A stretch of DNA of 64,000 nt from Paragordius varius (lineage: Eukaryota > Animalia > Nematomorpha): assembly GCA_964247055.1 (NCBI GenBank), contig OZ176054.1:10540001-10604000 (forward strand). Direction: 5' to 3'. A model generated the notes under the pieces. It searched no databases and was not told where the DNA came from. It was given only the letters and a program-made list of their open reading frames with translations. A program made the position numbers and the translations under genes. Every line of letters starts with the position of its first letter. The first letter of the stretch is position 1. Positions 25,518 to 47,800 of the stretch are shown here, in pieces.

Positions 25518-28062
25518 CAGAGGTGGCCAACCATTTTTTCTCGGAGGCTATTTTTTTGGGGTGAAAATTTCACATGGGTACATATGAATATTAAATATAA
25601 AAAATTCATTTATCACTTTAAGACATATTATATGTATATATATGTATAAATATATCTATTTACGGATTGGGGTGACTAGCACAGGCCATTTTAAACTAAC
25701 TATTTTTTTTATAGAATCTTAATTTTATCAAAAATGATGAGAAGACCTCTGCAAATCAATTAAAAAAGAGTGATTTACAACATTTTCGAAATTGAGATAA
25801 TCTGAATATTGCTCTTAAAAATATCGATGATATTACCTTCTAATTAATCATTTTGAGAAATTATATTCGTAAATAATTAAATTCGATATATTTCCATGTT
25901 TCTCCTTTTAATAATATGTTGAATGTAAAACTAAAATACTCTACCGATTTCTTCGCCAGATTTGGATGTGAAAAAAAACTATTAGAGATCGTTAACATTT
26001 GGAATTTCGGTTGAGAATTATCCTGATGCATATAACTCAATTAGGAAACACTTGATCTTTATTTAAAAAAATATTAAAGAAGATTGAGTATGCCATAACT
26101 CAGAAAGTTTTTCAAAATTTTTATATGAAGTCAGTGCAATTCTCAGGCAAGATTCCAAATGTTAATCAATCGTGATCCCTGTTTAGTTTTAATGGATTAT
26201 AAGAGCCTATACACATAAATATGTGGATCCAGAGAAAGAATTGAAAAAAACAGCAATTTTCCAAATATGTGAATTTTATTTATAAATTTCCATACTCTGA
26301 TGCTAATGATTTAAGGCTAATGTGCTTTGATATTTATCATTCCTGCCTCCCAATCTCGTAAATGGTTAATGTCAAGACTGTGGGGTTCGCTATTTCCACA
26401 TCAATATTATCATTAAATGGACAAGATAAAAAGGTAATAATTTCAAGTTAATTTATTGATGAAAATTCTTTCTCAAATTAATAAGAAGCGCGATTTTATC
26501 GAAATATTTTACACAAGTAAGATTTATAACTTCGGGTTCCTCTGTAGGATTTGGAAAATGTTTATCATGGTTTTTTTAATGAAATGCAAATATTGTTAGC
26601 TTTTTGAAGGATTTCATATAATCATTATTATAATTGTTTTATTTTAATTGCAAATTTAATTTATGCAAATTATTTTGATATCGCATAAAACCGCAAGATC
26701 AAGGAGCCATGTTTGATTTTTGAATTGTAAATAGGAAAGATTTTTCTTTCCTAAAAAAGAAGTATTTGCGGCAAATGCTTATATCTTACTAAAAATGGGG
26801 CACCACTTAACCATCTTACATGTGTATGAAGTTCAACATGTTCAATATCATAATCGTTATATAGCTGGCGGCGCGATTGATTTCCGATCTAATCTAATAT
26901 ATTATTTAAAACATACATCCATTATGTGCTTATATTAAATAATTTTAAAACATACATCCATTATGTGCTTATATGTATTATGCTATGATAATCCATAAAA
27001 TCTGGAAAATTTTGAGATTTTAAAGCCACGAACCCATTATTTATTCCAATCATCGCGGGAGCTACGTCGGCTGTTATGGATACAAGCTTCGAAATTAAGC
27101 GATTCCGACATAATAGGTGACTCGTCAATTTGCTGCGAAAAATAATCCCAAATTTAATATTATCATGCAAAATTTCGGTAAGGTGCTAATTAAGAACATC
27201 ACATCTCCCATAAATGTGTTTCTAGATAGGGATAAACTTTTTATTTGTTCCATATTATTCTTTTTTCTAGCACTTTAGAATCTTTAATATAAGTTTCCTT
27301 GCAACTATGGAATTTGGATTTATGTTTTATTTCAGAATGTACTGTTTCTGAGCATTTAGTTGCACTTTCAATAGCTTGATTTTTGATTTGCAAATATTTG
27401 AATTGTATTTTTGATAGTTCATATGAAGCGTAGTAAAATGTAATCAGACATATGCTTTTTTAAGTAAATCTACGGTGGATTTGCATATTATACATGTTAA
27501 TTTATCATTAAAAAAATAATTATCTTCCCTCTCACTTTAAACGATATTTTTTCTGGTTAAAATTTTAGTCATACAATATAAGTGTAAGGCTACACCAACT
27601 TCTGTTTTTTTGTTAAATACAGTATGAGTAATAAAATTAATTATTGCCAAATAATATGCAGCAAAGAGAATTATATTGGCGAATAATAGTAAAAAAATAA
27701 CTATATGCCAATAATAGTGCCCTTTGTTGCATAGCTATTTGGCAAATTAATAACTTTCCAGCAATTACTTACTCACACTATAAAACCATTTACAAAGGAA
27801 ATCACAAATGATTTAAAGTTTGAATAAAATACATTGAAAAAATATATATATAAAATAATAAATTAAGTTATATGAAAATAAATATTTGTCAACAGGTAAG
27901 TTTTTTTTTCAAATACAAATATAAATAAAAGGAAAATAAATTATAATTTTGTGAAAAAAAATTATGCAAAAATATTTTTTAAATTTTTAAAAAAAATTCT
28001 GGCGGTCACGTTTTGAAATTTCGCGGGCACGAAGTCGACGGTCGACCGTTTGACCACCTTTT
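25518..28062 (-). mobile_element. Degenerate hAT DNA transposon (Buster/Charlie-type) with transposase remnants
   Basis: The left TIR is CAGAGGTGGCCAACC and the right TIR is degenerate (GTTTGACCACCTTTT). Flanks CTATATAT and CTATACAT are a 7/8 matching 8-bp TSD with central TA. Minus-strand remnants: KLVSITADVAPAMIGINNGFV (DGAPAM motif), YHSIIH (broken CxxH) and ELHTHVRWLSG (RW motif, ~26800-26830). Confidence 0.85.
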
Positions 28063-29136
28063 CTATACATGTATTCACACCAAATAAAGTCCTAACTTAA
28101 ATAATGCATATTTTATTTAATTCAATTTTTATCAAACATCCCTATTTTATGGTAATTTGGAGCATGGTGAAAACAGTAGAAAAACCACTTTATATAGTTT
28201 CTAACTTAACACAAGCTGACTGAAATTATCTTTGTCCAAAAAGTTGTCAAAATGACCTCTTATTATCCCCAAATTAAGACCTCTAAGGTTTTAAGGGTAA
28301 TTGATATTTAACAATATAGGGGTGTCCTATTTTAAATTATATTTTTTTTTCCAAGAATTATTTATATATTTTAAAGCTTTTTTATCATATATTACCTAAT
28401 GAATTGATAAAAATAAAATGGTATGTAAAACATTACATTAAAATGTCTGTCTAATATGAACTATTAATATATGATGTATTTTAATTGCTGTATATCTTTA
28501 AAAAGATGGCGTATATGTTACCAATTATAGGAAAATTCATGTTTCATACGTTTAAAAAAGATGTTCGTCCTAAAGTTAATCCAATGGCTCATAATTATTT
28601 TTTAATAAAAAATGGTACTATCTTCTCAACACAATAAATTATTTTATTTTACCAATATTTAATATAATAAGTGGAGTTTTGCTGGTACGATACATGTGCC
28701 AAATCGTACAAATTTTTAATCAGTCTAAATTAGTTAAAACAGCAAAAAATAATTTTAAAAACCGCAAAAATATTTATCTTGTCACAAAGGCCGTGCACCA
28801 TATAATATAACTATAAAAATAGGCAGATATTTTTAGTCAAAATAAATATTTCTAATATATAATAAATAATTCAAGTCCATAAAAAGCACTTTTGGGACCG
28901 CGATATAAGTACCACTAGTCTAAATTATAAGTCATTTTACAAAAATCCTTTGTTTTAGCCAATAGTGAAATTGAATAAATACATAAAATTAATCATCTAG
29001 ATATATAAAATATTAAAATTTATTTTTTAAGAACTATAAAAAATATGGATATCACTGAAGGAATTTGCAAACAATTGAGTAAAAGAGTAGCTAAATTTAA
29101 TGAAAAAACAATTATAATTTAAAAAGATTGTTGATT

Positions 29137-36523
<7,387 letters not shown>

Positions 36524-37232
36524 GAGCAATTTAAGTGGAGGGAACTAAATAATGCACAAGGAAAATGTTTAATTTTTAAAAAATACTATATACTTGAAAA
36601 TGTTTTTCTTAATTTTATAATTTATATAAATATATTTTGTAATATGTTTAAACTCTATATATCTAAAAAATATTTCCATTCATATCGCAATAATCATCCA
36701 AAGTTTGTAATCAATGTCATAAAAGTAATATAAGTAATTTGTTTTTGCAATGTTTTTAGAAAAAATTTAATGTATAATAAGTTCATTTTTAGATTTTCCA
36801 CGAAATGTTAAAAGATGGTATGTGGAAATCTATCATACATTTTTTAAAAAGCTGCGCTATTAATGCATTTATAAATTTTAGAAATGTGATTTTTAGAATA
36901 TTTATCAAAATTTGTTAAAAACGCAAAAAATATAACACCTCCGAATAAAAAGCAATAACAATTTTATAATCTTTAACTAAACAGCCACGCAAAAGATATC
37001 TTGATGAAAAATATATAGTAACAGGCAAATATACCGGGTTTATCATGGTGCTTTTGGTTTTGGTCGCGAGTAGATTGCGCAATTTTAAATATTATTAAAT
37101 ATTGATATCAACTAAATATTGAAGCCTGCTTCAAGCCAGATTGAGGCATGATAGAAACGGTATAAAAACGTTTTAAGATATTATAAATATTTTTTTCTAT
37201 ATATGGCTAACCGTTTCCATCACCTTTATTAA

Positions 37233-37810
37233 CACTTCGATTCAATTTGGGGTATCTAAATACCCCAGACTTATTTTAAATTATTATTTTTAAAAAACTA
37301 CTGAAGGAAACGGTCCCATTTTAAATTTATGCTTCTATCCTGATAAATATTATATAAATATGCCAAAATATCTTGATAAAATTTTGTTTTGAAAAAAAAT
37401 CCATCTCAAACTACTTCGACGCCATTTTTATTTTACAAAATTTTTGCAAAATATCGTCTTTATTTAATTTTAAGGGTAAAACTAAAGCTAATTTTTATAT
37501 AAATTACATCATACATTGATTGAATAGAAAAAGCGGTTTAGTTTGTATAATTTATCAATTTTACAATTTGACACATGTCACGTTGACGAAATTTTTACCT
37601 TTCGGTTTTAGCTTAAAATAAGTAATATCAAGTATTGTTGAATAAAATTTTTTATATATTTCGGTTTATTAATGTTATATAAGTGCAAAATTTTGCCATG
37701 GTTTCGATTCCTTTCATACTTTTTAAAGTATTTGATTTTAAACAGGCCTGGGGTATCCAACTATCCCAATTTGAATCGAAGGACTAAAATGAGTGTGTTG
37801 TATCCAAGTG
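37233..37810. mobile_element. MITE family A, copy 2 (piggyBac-like, TTAA TSD)
   Basis: TTAA|CACTT...AAGTG|TTAA; strong visual similarity to 7354-7879 along its length. Confidence 0.78.
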
Positions 37811-40800
37811 TTAATAAATTTAGCGAATTGAATTCATGTGAAATATAAAATCTGTTTTTTCCTAAATATCCCGAAATAGGAATCAAAAAATTTTAAGAGG
37901 CGATAGAAATGTTTTTATAATTAACCTTTTACTGTTTCATGCTTCAAAATAGCATCTACGCTGAAAACTTAAAAAATCTGATCAGCATAAGTTAATCAGT
38001 TTCTAGATTGTTTCTATTAATTTTATTATGAGCATGGTTTATTGTATATAAAAAACTAATATTCAATTTAAACAAAAAATAGCATTTGTTTAATAAAGTA
38101 CCCAATCTTTTACTTATGTTCAATGTCTACTAATTTTGATAATAAATTATATTAAACTCATTGAGAGAAAATTTATTTCCAATATATTGGTAGAATATAG
38201 GGTGGTACGGCTGGTTTAATTTATAATTCTTGAGCAATCTATTTTTAAAAATTGCGCATAATAACTAATCTTGCCATAATTTAAACTGACCCCTGCTTTT
38301 AACACTTGAGTGGTCGCTTTAACACTCTTTTGTTCTACTGGTTTTCTACCCCAAAGATTAACGATCGAAATACCGATGATTATGAGCTTAATTTATAAAT
38401 ATGCATCTCAAGCCTTTTATGTGCATTCACTAATAAAATTTAACACATAAGTTGTAAAAAAATCTTTCTCTCTAACTTTTGTGGCTAGTTATTTAAAGCT
38501 TAAAATAGTTAATAAGCTTTAATTCTGGTAAAAAATAAATAACCAAAATTATAATTAATGGCAAATTCGTCAGTTAATATAAATAGTCTGTTTTAATTCG
38601 CTTGAGTTCATCATAATTTGGAAATTGAAAACGATTTCCCAAAAGAACTCTAACTATATTTTATTTTTAATATTATACCAGAACAAATTGAACAATATCT
38701 CTTTATATTTAAATTTATTGGATTTCCACGACAAAACCATGTATATTATTATTATTCATAATATTAATAAAATAATTTTTTAAAGTGGTGCTGGAAAAAC
38801 CATAATGCCGTTGTTTAATATAACACAATGTTAAAAATTGAATTTTTGCATGAAGTCATTAAATGTTCCTTTTGTTACGTCAAACGGGATTTCTTTTCGA
38901 TATTCGATTAAGTGCTTATTCGAATTGGATTGGACCCATTTACCTAGTTTTTTGGTCTTTCGGTTGCTCGAACATGTCTATTTAATACATTTTGTAATGC
39001 ATGTAAAGCTTCTGCTAATTACCGTTTAGTTTGATTTTAGTCATCATCCAAAACTCTTTCACTTTATCATCTTTGCAATTTTCGGATTCCCACGGCTTCA
39101 GTTTTCTTCATAGTCAAGATTTAAAATTTCAAAACCAAATTTCAGTGTTTCAATCCCTGGAGGATATCACATGTTTCTACTAGCAAATAAAAACTCTACA
39201 GTTTTTTCATAAAAAGCAATGCCTACCGAATATCATTTTTTTCACCAAATTTAACTTGATTGTTGAATGATAAAAACGGAACCTACCTTTTGTGGGCTCA
39301 ACTTGTGTGTGTTCGTTTAATGTTAGATGAAAACGGGTTCTGTGTCAAGTTAATCGTCGTAATTTTTATTGACGCCTTCTCCTGGTTAAACCGGTAACTT
39401 GTAACATCACATATACAAAATTAAGTTATCTTATTATATTTTTAAATTTTATTTTATTCACATTTATTAAGACGGCACATAATTGCTTAAGCTCCCTGCC
39501 AAAACATTATTTTTTGATTCCCTCAGACAATTTCCAATTATTATGGTATTTATGCTATCTTTTAAATGATTGCCCTATTCTATAAAATGGAGCTAATTAT
39601 AAGAAAAATTCGGCGCATAAACCAAGGATGTCAACAAGCTTTTTTCGGCACGCAAAAAGGCTTTAAAAGGATTAAAAAATAAAAATTGGATTTAAATCCA
39701 AAATTTGCGATTATTAAAAGGATATATCGTCCGAAATTGCACTCAAAATAAGTAAAAAATCTTATCAAAGTAGCCGTGAAGATATGTGTTGGTCACCCCT
39801 AGTATAAAGTAATAAACCACTTTATAAATGAAACCAACAGATAATATTTTCACATTAGGACATGGTAAATATCTCTAAATATATGAATTCAAATAAGCCT
39901 AAATCGATGGATGCAATTTCGCTGTAATTTTTACCCAATGAATTACTTTTGGGTCAATTACCCATTATTTGAATTTAAATTTGTTCTAAATGATTTGGAA
40001 TCATGAATCATTTAAATGCATAATTTTTTTTGTTTAGATTTATCTATAGAACATAAGTAGATCAATACTTCTTATATATTTTAAAGCTCACATATTAATA
40101 ATATTAATACCAGCTTTTAGCTATTTAATAGCTATACACACTCATACATACATACTAATTTCGATAAAAAAACCATACTTTCACACATTTTTTTTTCATT
40201 GCCAAGGTTATTTCTTATTTATTTTTAATCTTTTTTATGTTATAGTAAATGTTTCATGTTTCATTTTCTATCTTATTCGATTTCGATTATACGTTTGTGT
40301 AAAATAATAATTTTGTAATATTGCGCTTGTCTTTAAATTTTTATGAATTATTCGTTAAATTATGTCGCTGTTAGCCATTCTAGCGATTTTAAATTTCCAA
40401 AACCAATCATATAATTAACATAGCGATTTATATTACATGTTTCAATGTTTTAACGGTAATTTTATCCTTAAATTACAAAATATAAAGTATTAATCGATTT
40501 TGTGAAATGAACATAAGTAAATGTTCAATGTAAATGTTCAATATTTGTAAACGCTCGTATATTTCTTTTTCCTACCTTATTTTTCTTTTAGCAATCAAAA
40601 TTTAATTTTATGAAGTCTGTGTGAGTGAGTTCTTTCGCCTTGAAATACGTTCTCACCTTACTATGTTTTATATGTAATATACATTGTGTTTAAATATAAA
40701 TTTTAAATACGTTTTACAATTCTTATCCCGAGAAATGTATAGAGGTAAATTTATTTTATTTATAGTATAAAAAATTCTGATGGAGTTTTAATTTAAAATT

Positions 40801-41033
40801 AAACACTATAATATTATTATATTTTATTAGATAATTATTTTATATGAGTATTGGATTTTACATGCTTATTTTTTGATAACCGACAGATAACACTCGAATT
40901 TATTTTATTTGAAATGTTTGGTCTTTAATTTGAAACGAATAATTTAATATAAATCTATGATTAATATATAAATACAGATAAATATTTTAAGTTTATCTTT
41001 GAGCCAATTTCTACCACGGATATGACTGCAAAT

Positions 41034-41318
41034 CAGGGGTGATTCTGTTGTGGCCCGCGTAAAATTCGGAAATCCATAAATTAGAAAGATACGGTCATAA
41101 AATGTTAATAATATTGATATTTCCCAAACAATTTTTTTGTATAACCCTCTCCAATCGGCATAAACAGAAAAATTGTATACATTGTCTTTGCATTTTAAAG
41201 TTTTATGTTTAAGATCTAATAAATTCCTTATAAATGCCCATATATATTTCGGATGCGGCCCGCCGGCTTTTTAAAGTCAAAAATGTGGCTCCCAAGACAT
41301 GTGTGTTGAACACCTCTG
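41034..41318. mobile_element. hAT-like MITE
   Basis: CAGGGGTG... and ...GTTGAACACCTCTG termini with GGCCCGC subterminal motifs; no matching TSD found. Similar solo ends occur at ~57781 and ~60077. Confidence 0.5.
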
Positions 41319-44300
41319 ATATAACCAGACATTGGGAGCTTTTGATGTATGGTATATACATCCCTTAACTTGTTAGACTCTCTATTGAAAGAATTAAAAA
41401 TCCTTAAAATAATAAAAAATTCCTACCATTAATAAATTATTTTGATGTGCACTAAAAGTTATCACTTAATTAAATAAATGTTTATTGTAATAAAATGGTG
41501 TAACGTGGATTTGATAATTTCCACAATAATATTAGACAGGTGGAAATGAAAGCGAAGGCTTAGCGCAAAAATCGATAAAATTTAAATGGTTCTCTCTCCC
41601 AAATTACCTTTTAACCTGCCCTAGTAATATATATTATTAATATTATATATATTAACTAATTAATAAGTTTTGCATGCATGTCTTTTAACATATCTATCTA
41701 TCTTATGTATATAATTTAATTTTTTATTGCCAGAAAATCAATGTTAAGGTCGATAAAAAATGCTCACCTTGGATTAATTTTATTTTTACGTATATATATA
41801 TATATATATATATAAATAATCGGACGAATATTTTATTTAAATTGAAAAAATTAAAAAATTGAAAATAAGGATATTTATATGTTTAGAAATGTACTGATTC
41901 CATATTTTTTGTATATAAACTAATATTATCTTCAAATGCTTTATGCTAGTATTTTAACCTTTGAATTATTAAAAAGAACCAGATATTTATAATTTCATGA
42001 ACACACAGTAAAAAGTGGATTATATTTTAGGATATACTAAACATCAATAAATTGGTTATAAATGTCTTCCGAATACCGAAAAAAATGTAATTTAAGACGG
42101 AAACTTCATACTTGCTTATCAAAAATGGCCGTTTATTGTTAAGCACAAAAATCAAGATAATTTTAAACAATAAAGACCCGACTCTAAGAATAGGAATAAT
42201 ACATCACTTATTATGCGCATCGTGACCCCCTTGTCATTAATTAGGAGGGGTAATATTTTTACAAAAACTCTGCATGAATTAAATTTGTTCATAAAATTTA
42301 ATTTTAACCTGCTATATCATAATTATAAAAGCACCAAATTAAAAATTTGGTCAAATTGTATTAAATTTCGGAAAAAAATGTGTGAGAGAGAGAAACGTTA
42401 AAAAAATAAATTTTTTTTCCTCAGATTTGATTGTATCCGTTATTAATGGGAGAGTTCAAAGTACTATAATTTTATACAAAACGTTATAATATAAATAATT
42501 TTTAAATATTTTTTACAAATACCTTACATACGATATCGATATGAATATCTGTTTAGCAATTTAAATTCCTGTTCAAAGTGGTTTTTTCGTAGCGGGATTT
42601 TTTTCGCTCATATATAATTCGGGGAAATAACCGTTCTTTTTGGTCAGTCGCTGCATATAAATTAGGACTGAGATAACAATATAAATTATAATCAGTTAGT
42701 TCCATTCTATGCCTTTTTATCTCAAATATTTATAATTTTATAAGGGAACTTATTTTTGACTAAATTTGTAAGGATATATTATAAAAAATTTATTGGCATT
42801 TTGTAATATTATATTTAAACAATAATACGCAAATATAGAGAATTTTATATGACAGAAGTTTTCGCAAATTAAATCATCATGTCCTATGCGGCTTTTTTTA
42901 AACTAATTCCCTAATAAGTTTATTCATATGTAATAGCCAATTTTCATTCATAAGAATAGTTGGCTCACATATCCATCTAATTAATAATTAATTCCATTCA
43001 TATTAATTATGAATTAAATGTGGTATGACATCTTTCTAATCCTTTTTATTGTTAACTCATGTTTCATAGCATTTGAGATTAAATATTAATGTGTGGGTGG
43101 CGCAAACTAAATGACATGACAAAATCAAGAATATTCACATTTAGAATACCTTTATTAATGTCTTGCGGGTTTTCCCAAAAATGTGTTTGCATTTTAAATC
43201 TATCTTTCCACATTCATTTTTTAATCGATTTTTTAAAATACAAATAAGTATAGAGTAAAAACAAAAACCCTTTCTCGGACTTTAGATTAGATAAATTTAT
43301 TTTTTATTAATTAATATTAGATATGTATATCAGTAAAAGTTTTTGTATTTTACAAATGTAAAAAAATAGTGTATTATGTAATTAAGTGTATATATATGTA
43401 TATGTAAATACATGCATGGTTTTATGTGTTCAGAGGTAAGCAAAGGTAAAGAAGATGTACGAAATATAAATAAGAAAAAAATAATAGTAGTGAGTAGAAG
43501 TTGAAATTTTGTTTTACATCATATCATTCATTTTTTTTATCAAAAACATACATTGCTTAGCTCATCAATTTTGTGTGTTAATTATCACTTATTTTTTAAT
43601 GAAGTTCTCAAATATTTTATCCAAAATTTGAAATTATACTTCGAAAATAGTTCTTTATGAGGACAACAATGTATTATTTGATTCTGTATATCTAGGTAAA
43701 TATCTTACCACTAATTTTATCAGTTCTAATAGACAATAATAATTTTATAATATTTTGGTTGATTTTAATGTCGTAATCATAAAACGAATAAATTGTTTAA
43801 TAACTGAATTCCCATTTTTTTATTTATCAACATTTATTATTTCTGATTTCTATTTTTTAGATATAATTTTATTTTGTTTTTACATTTTTAAAATTTTTAT
43901 TTATTGCTAGAAAATAGATAAATGTGTTATCGTCTGCTACTTTTGAAAAATTTAGCTATGTAATTTGCTGGGCTATACATTTTTTTACATGCGCAAATTC
44001 GCTAAATTATCCTCCTGACATGTAAAAAAATGTTTATTCCAACAAATTATGCAGCGGCTTATTCCAAATTTTCAAATCGACCTCTACAACATAAGACTTT
44101 AAATTTATTACACTACGCTAATATTAAATAATTATACCTTGACCTTTAAAATATACATTTATACTTGCATCAAATAATTAAAGGCCTATCAGCTTTATCA
44201 GTTTAAATCAATATTTGCATTTGCTCACTTTCGTAGTATGGTCCTTACTGTACATTCAATACACTCTTTCCATAAATTATTGAAATTGATGGATGAGATA

Positions 44301-44887
44301 CGGATAATTTATTTCGTATATTTAAATAAATAAAAAACAAAATCGAAATCTTTGCCAAATTTATTAATTTATAAGGTTTTATGCATATCCCAATTAAAAT
44401 AATAAATGTCAAATAAACATTAAATTCGCTTAAATAAAACTTCAAATAAATTAATTTTGTCGCTTTAGAATTGATATTTTTTTATTAAATATATATATCA
44501 AAAATTTGAACTCCTCTTTCATTAACTGTGGACACACATCTGCTTTTGCGCTAACAATATGCATTAATTAATTATAAAGGTCTTTCATTATAATATTATT
44601 TTAATATTATTGCACATATAATTTTTTTTACTTAACAGATATCTGAAAATTCTACAGCTATATATTCGTTAAATAGACATATTCTAATCCCAAATTCGTT
44701 TCTTTCAATATATCCACAATCCACCCTGTAATCACTCGAATAATTGAAGGCTAGTGCGCTATATGGCAGCCCTATATTAAATAAAAACTCCTTTGGCGTC
44801 AGATAATGTTAATATTGATTAAATCATAATTTTAATTTTCTATCAAATATCTTGGCAAAAAATAATATCAATAGTTTGAATATAACC

Positions 44888-47800
44888 ATGTCGGCAATAA
44901 ATGTTTCTCACACTAACAATAATAATATTGGTATAAAGTCATCATTCTTCGAAGATACTAACGACAAATTTGCCAGAAATAATGATATAAGCTTCGTTGA
45001 CACAAATAGTAATAATATCGAAGGTGAAATTAAGCAAGAACAACCAGGGAAAAAGCCAATACAACACTACCCAACTCCTCGGCTTATTGACATTAATGAC
45101 TTAACAAATTATTTTGGGGCTAATGAAAATGTCGCTACGCTACAAAAACCAATAGTTAATAATACCTTTGATTTTGATAATTACGAAAATAAAAATAACG
45201 ATATCAATTTGAATATATCGCATAATGATTCTTTGAGTCCGCCCGCTGAACATAAGGCAACAAAGTTTGAGCCAAAAGATATAATTGAATTTGAAACAAA
45301 TAGCAATTTGCTTGAAACTAAAACCATAAATACAACCAATCACAGCACAAATCAAAATGATAATACTACAACAAATAGGGCCCCGGAATTTTCGGAACAT
45401 AGAGTACTTTATAGTTGTATAGTTACACCGCCACCCTTGTCACTAATTTCTCCGACATGTTTTAACAACAATGGTAATAAAAATTCGTTCAATAATAATG
45501 AACTAAGTAATAATCATTTAAATACCACAAATAATGAGGAGCATGAAAATGACCTACATTATTTTGGAGCTTATTATGAACCACCTGATACACCTTGGAG
45601 AGATCGGTGTAATACCTGGCCCCTCCAAAATTTTTCAGATATTGGAGATACCGGTGTTGCCAATACTATCAATACCAATAAACATAATGGTAATACTAAT
45701 CAGAAACAATTTCATAATAACAACCAAAGTTTGGTTGGAATGCATCGTCAGTCAAACAGACGCCCCTTCCTACCGGGCATAGCAGAAAGTCAGGGCTCCC
45801 TTGACGATGACCCCCAAAATGATAATATGACTAATTTTGGATCCTTTTCCCCGGCTTCATCATATGCTCTAGGGTCAGGGGAATATTTTAATTTGGCTTG
45901 TGGACTTAACAACAGTGGAGATGTGTCTTCTACCACTACTTCAAATTATACCACTAATGTTAATATTAATGGTTCTTATAATTCTAATTGTAGCATACGT
46001 ACACCGACCCCTTTAAGCGGTTACTCACCAAATGATCTCAAACCAGTCGATAGAAAAACTTCCAGTTCCCAAGCAACAGATTACAGGAATAATAATGTCT
46101 CTTTGATAAAATCAAGCGGGACAAATCTTTCATCCTTAACCCTATCCTCCACTGATTCTATTCATGCGCATTGTAACAACAATGGGCGAGAGAGTCATGA
46201 TGAAATGTATAAGGGACTAAGTTTGAGCACGACAAACTTTATTGGTGGAACGGAATCTAACGTTTTACATAGGCAATCAGCTTCAACCAACAATTTACTG
46301 TTTCTAGACTCTTCTTCCGTACGATCTATAGATCAAATTAACAAATACAACGATAATACTAAGAATCCTGCAAACGCCACAAATTACCATACATTGAATA
46401 ATCAATTATCACCCTTTGCTGACAGTGGTTATATTGGAGTTGAGACGGAGCGTCACAAGCGCACTCATTACCTTCATAACCAACCAAACATGCTTCATAG
46501 CACAGTTATTAAAACTGACGATAGAATAGATGTGCTTGAAACATTTAATATGGGTATGGAACATTCAAAAGACGAATTGTACTTACCTTTTCCTACGCAA
46601 CATGAAGCTTTTATCTTACAGCAAGACCCAGAAAATGCAATGGCTCGAAACCGACAGCAAACTTCTAATCGTTCTCCCAAGAATTACATGGAATTAGGTT
46701 ATGCCTTAGATGAACGTCCTATACCACCATATTTATCGGAAGCGAATGACATTCTTATTCTTAATAACAACTACAACACTTCTAACGTTCACAAACCATT
46801 GCCCCTTCTTTCACCCGAAGACATACTATTAGAGGAAGAACGCAATGATTTTGGTATGAATTTACCCGACGTTTATGTCCCAAATAATCCCCATAACAAA
46901 TTTTCGCTTGTAATGGATAAAAGCAAATTTGGCCATATCAACAATCAAATGCCATATAACTCCATGATGGGAGTTAAAGGTAATATGGTCGCACCAACTT
47001 ATCCAAATTCCATACAAAACTTAATTAATATAAATACCACAACTCGCAACACTGCTTTCACAGACATCAATAAAAATAATAATTACAATCCTAATTTATT
47101 GTTCAGCAATCCATCGCCATTCCCCTTGATTCCTGCCATAACAAGCACCATGCACAATTTATCGCTACCTGATTCTTTTGAATTAACTACCACTTTCCCA
47201 GGATACACATCCAACACGAAAAATATCAATCGACCCTATTATAAAACAGATAAAGAATCAACCCCTATGGATCAAGAATCCATGCATAATTTAAATGATA
47301 AGCATGAGGCAAGAGATGATCCTCATACAAAAACGGCGCTTGTTCCAACAAGCGTATCTGCAACAACTAATTCAGCGGCAGCAAGTCGACGGAATGCCTG
47401 GGGCAATTTTTCATACGCCGATCTCATCACTAAAGCCATAATAACTTCGCCAGAAAAAAGATTAACCCTTTCCCAAATCTATGATTGGATGGTACAATAC
47501 ATACCCTACTTCAAGGACAAAGGCGATAACAATAGCTCGGCCGGTTGGAAGGTATGATAATAAACTTTTTTGTTAATTAGTTTTACACCATAGAAACAAA
47601 TGAAAATAAAAAATTTTATTGAAAAAATAAATATAAATAAATTTGAGTTCACAATAGGCTTACGCAAATTAAAATGGGCTTAGCTCAATGGTTAAGAACA
47701 TGATTAATGGTTCTTGTGTATCATCGAATGTAATTTTTTTTCTTTTTAACGCATTTTATAAATTGCTATTCATTTTTTGCATTTACTGTTTAATACCGTT

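Noticed and set aside
47676-47700. tRNA-like GGGCTTAGCTCAATGGTTAAG (A-box match)
   Set aside because: There is no B-box or cloverleaf downstream; at most a decayed tRNA/SINE head.
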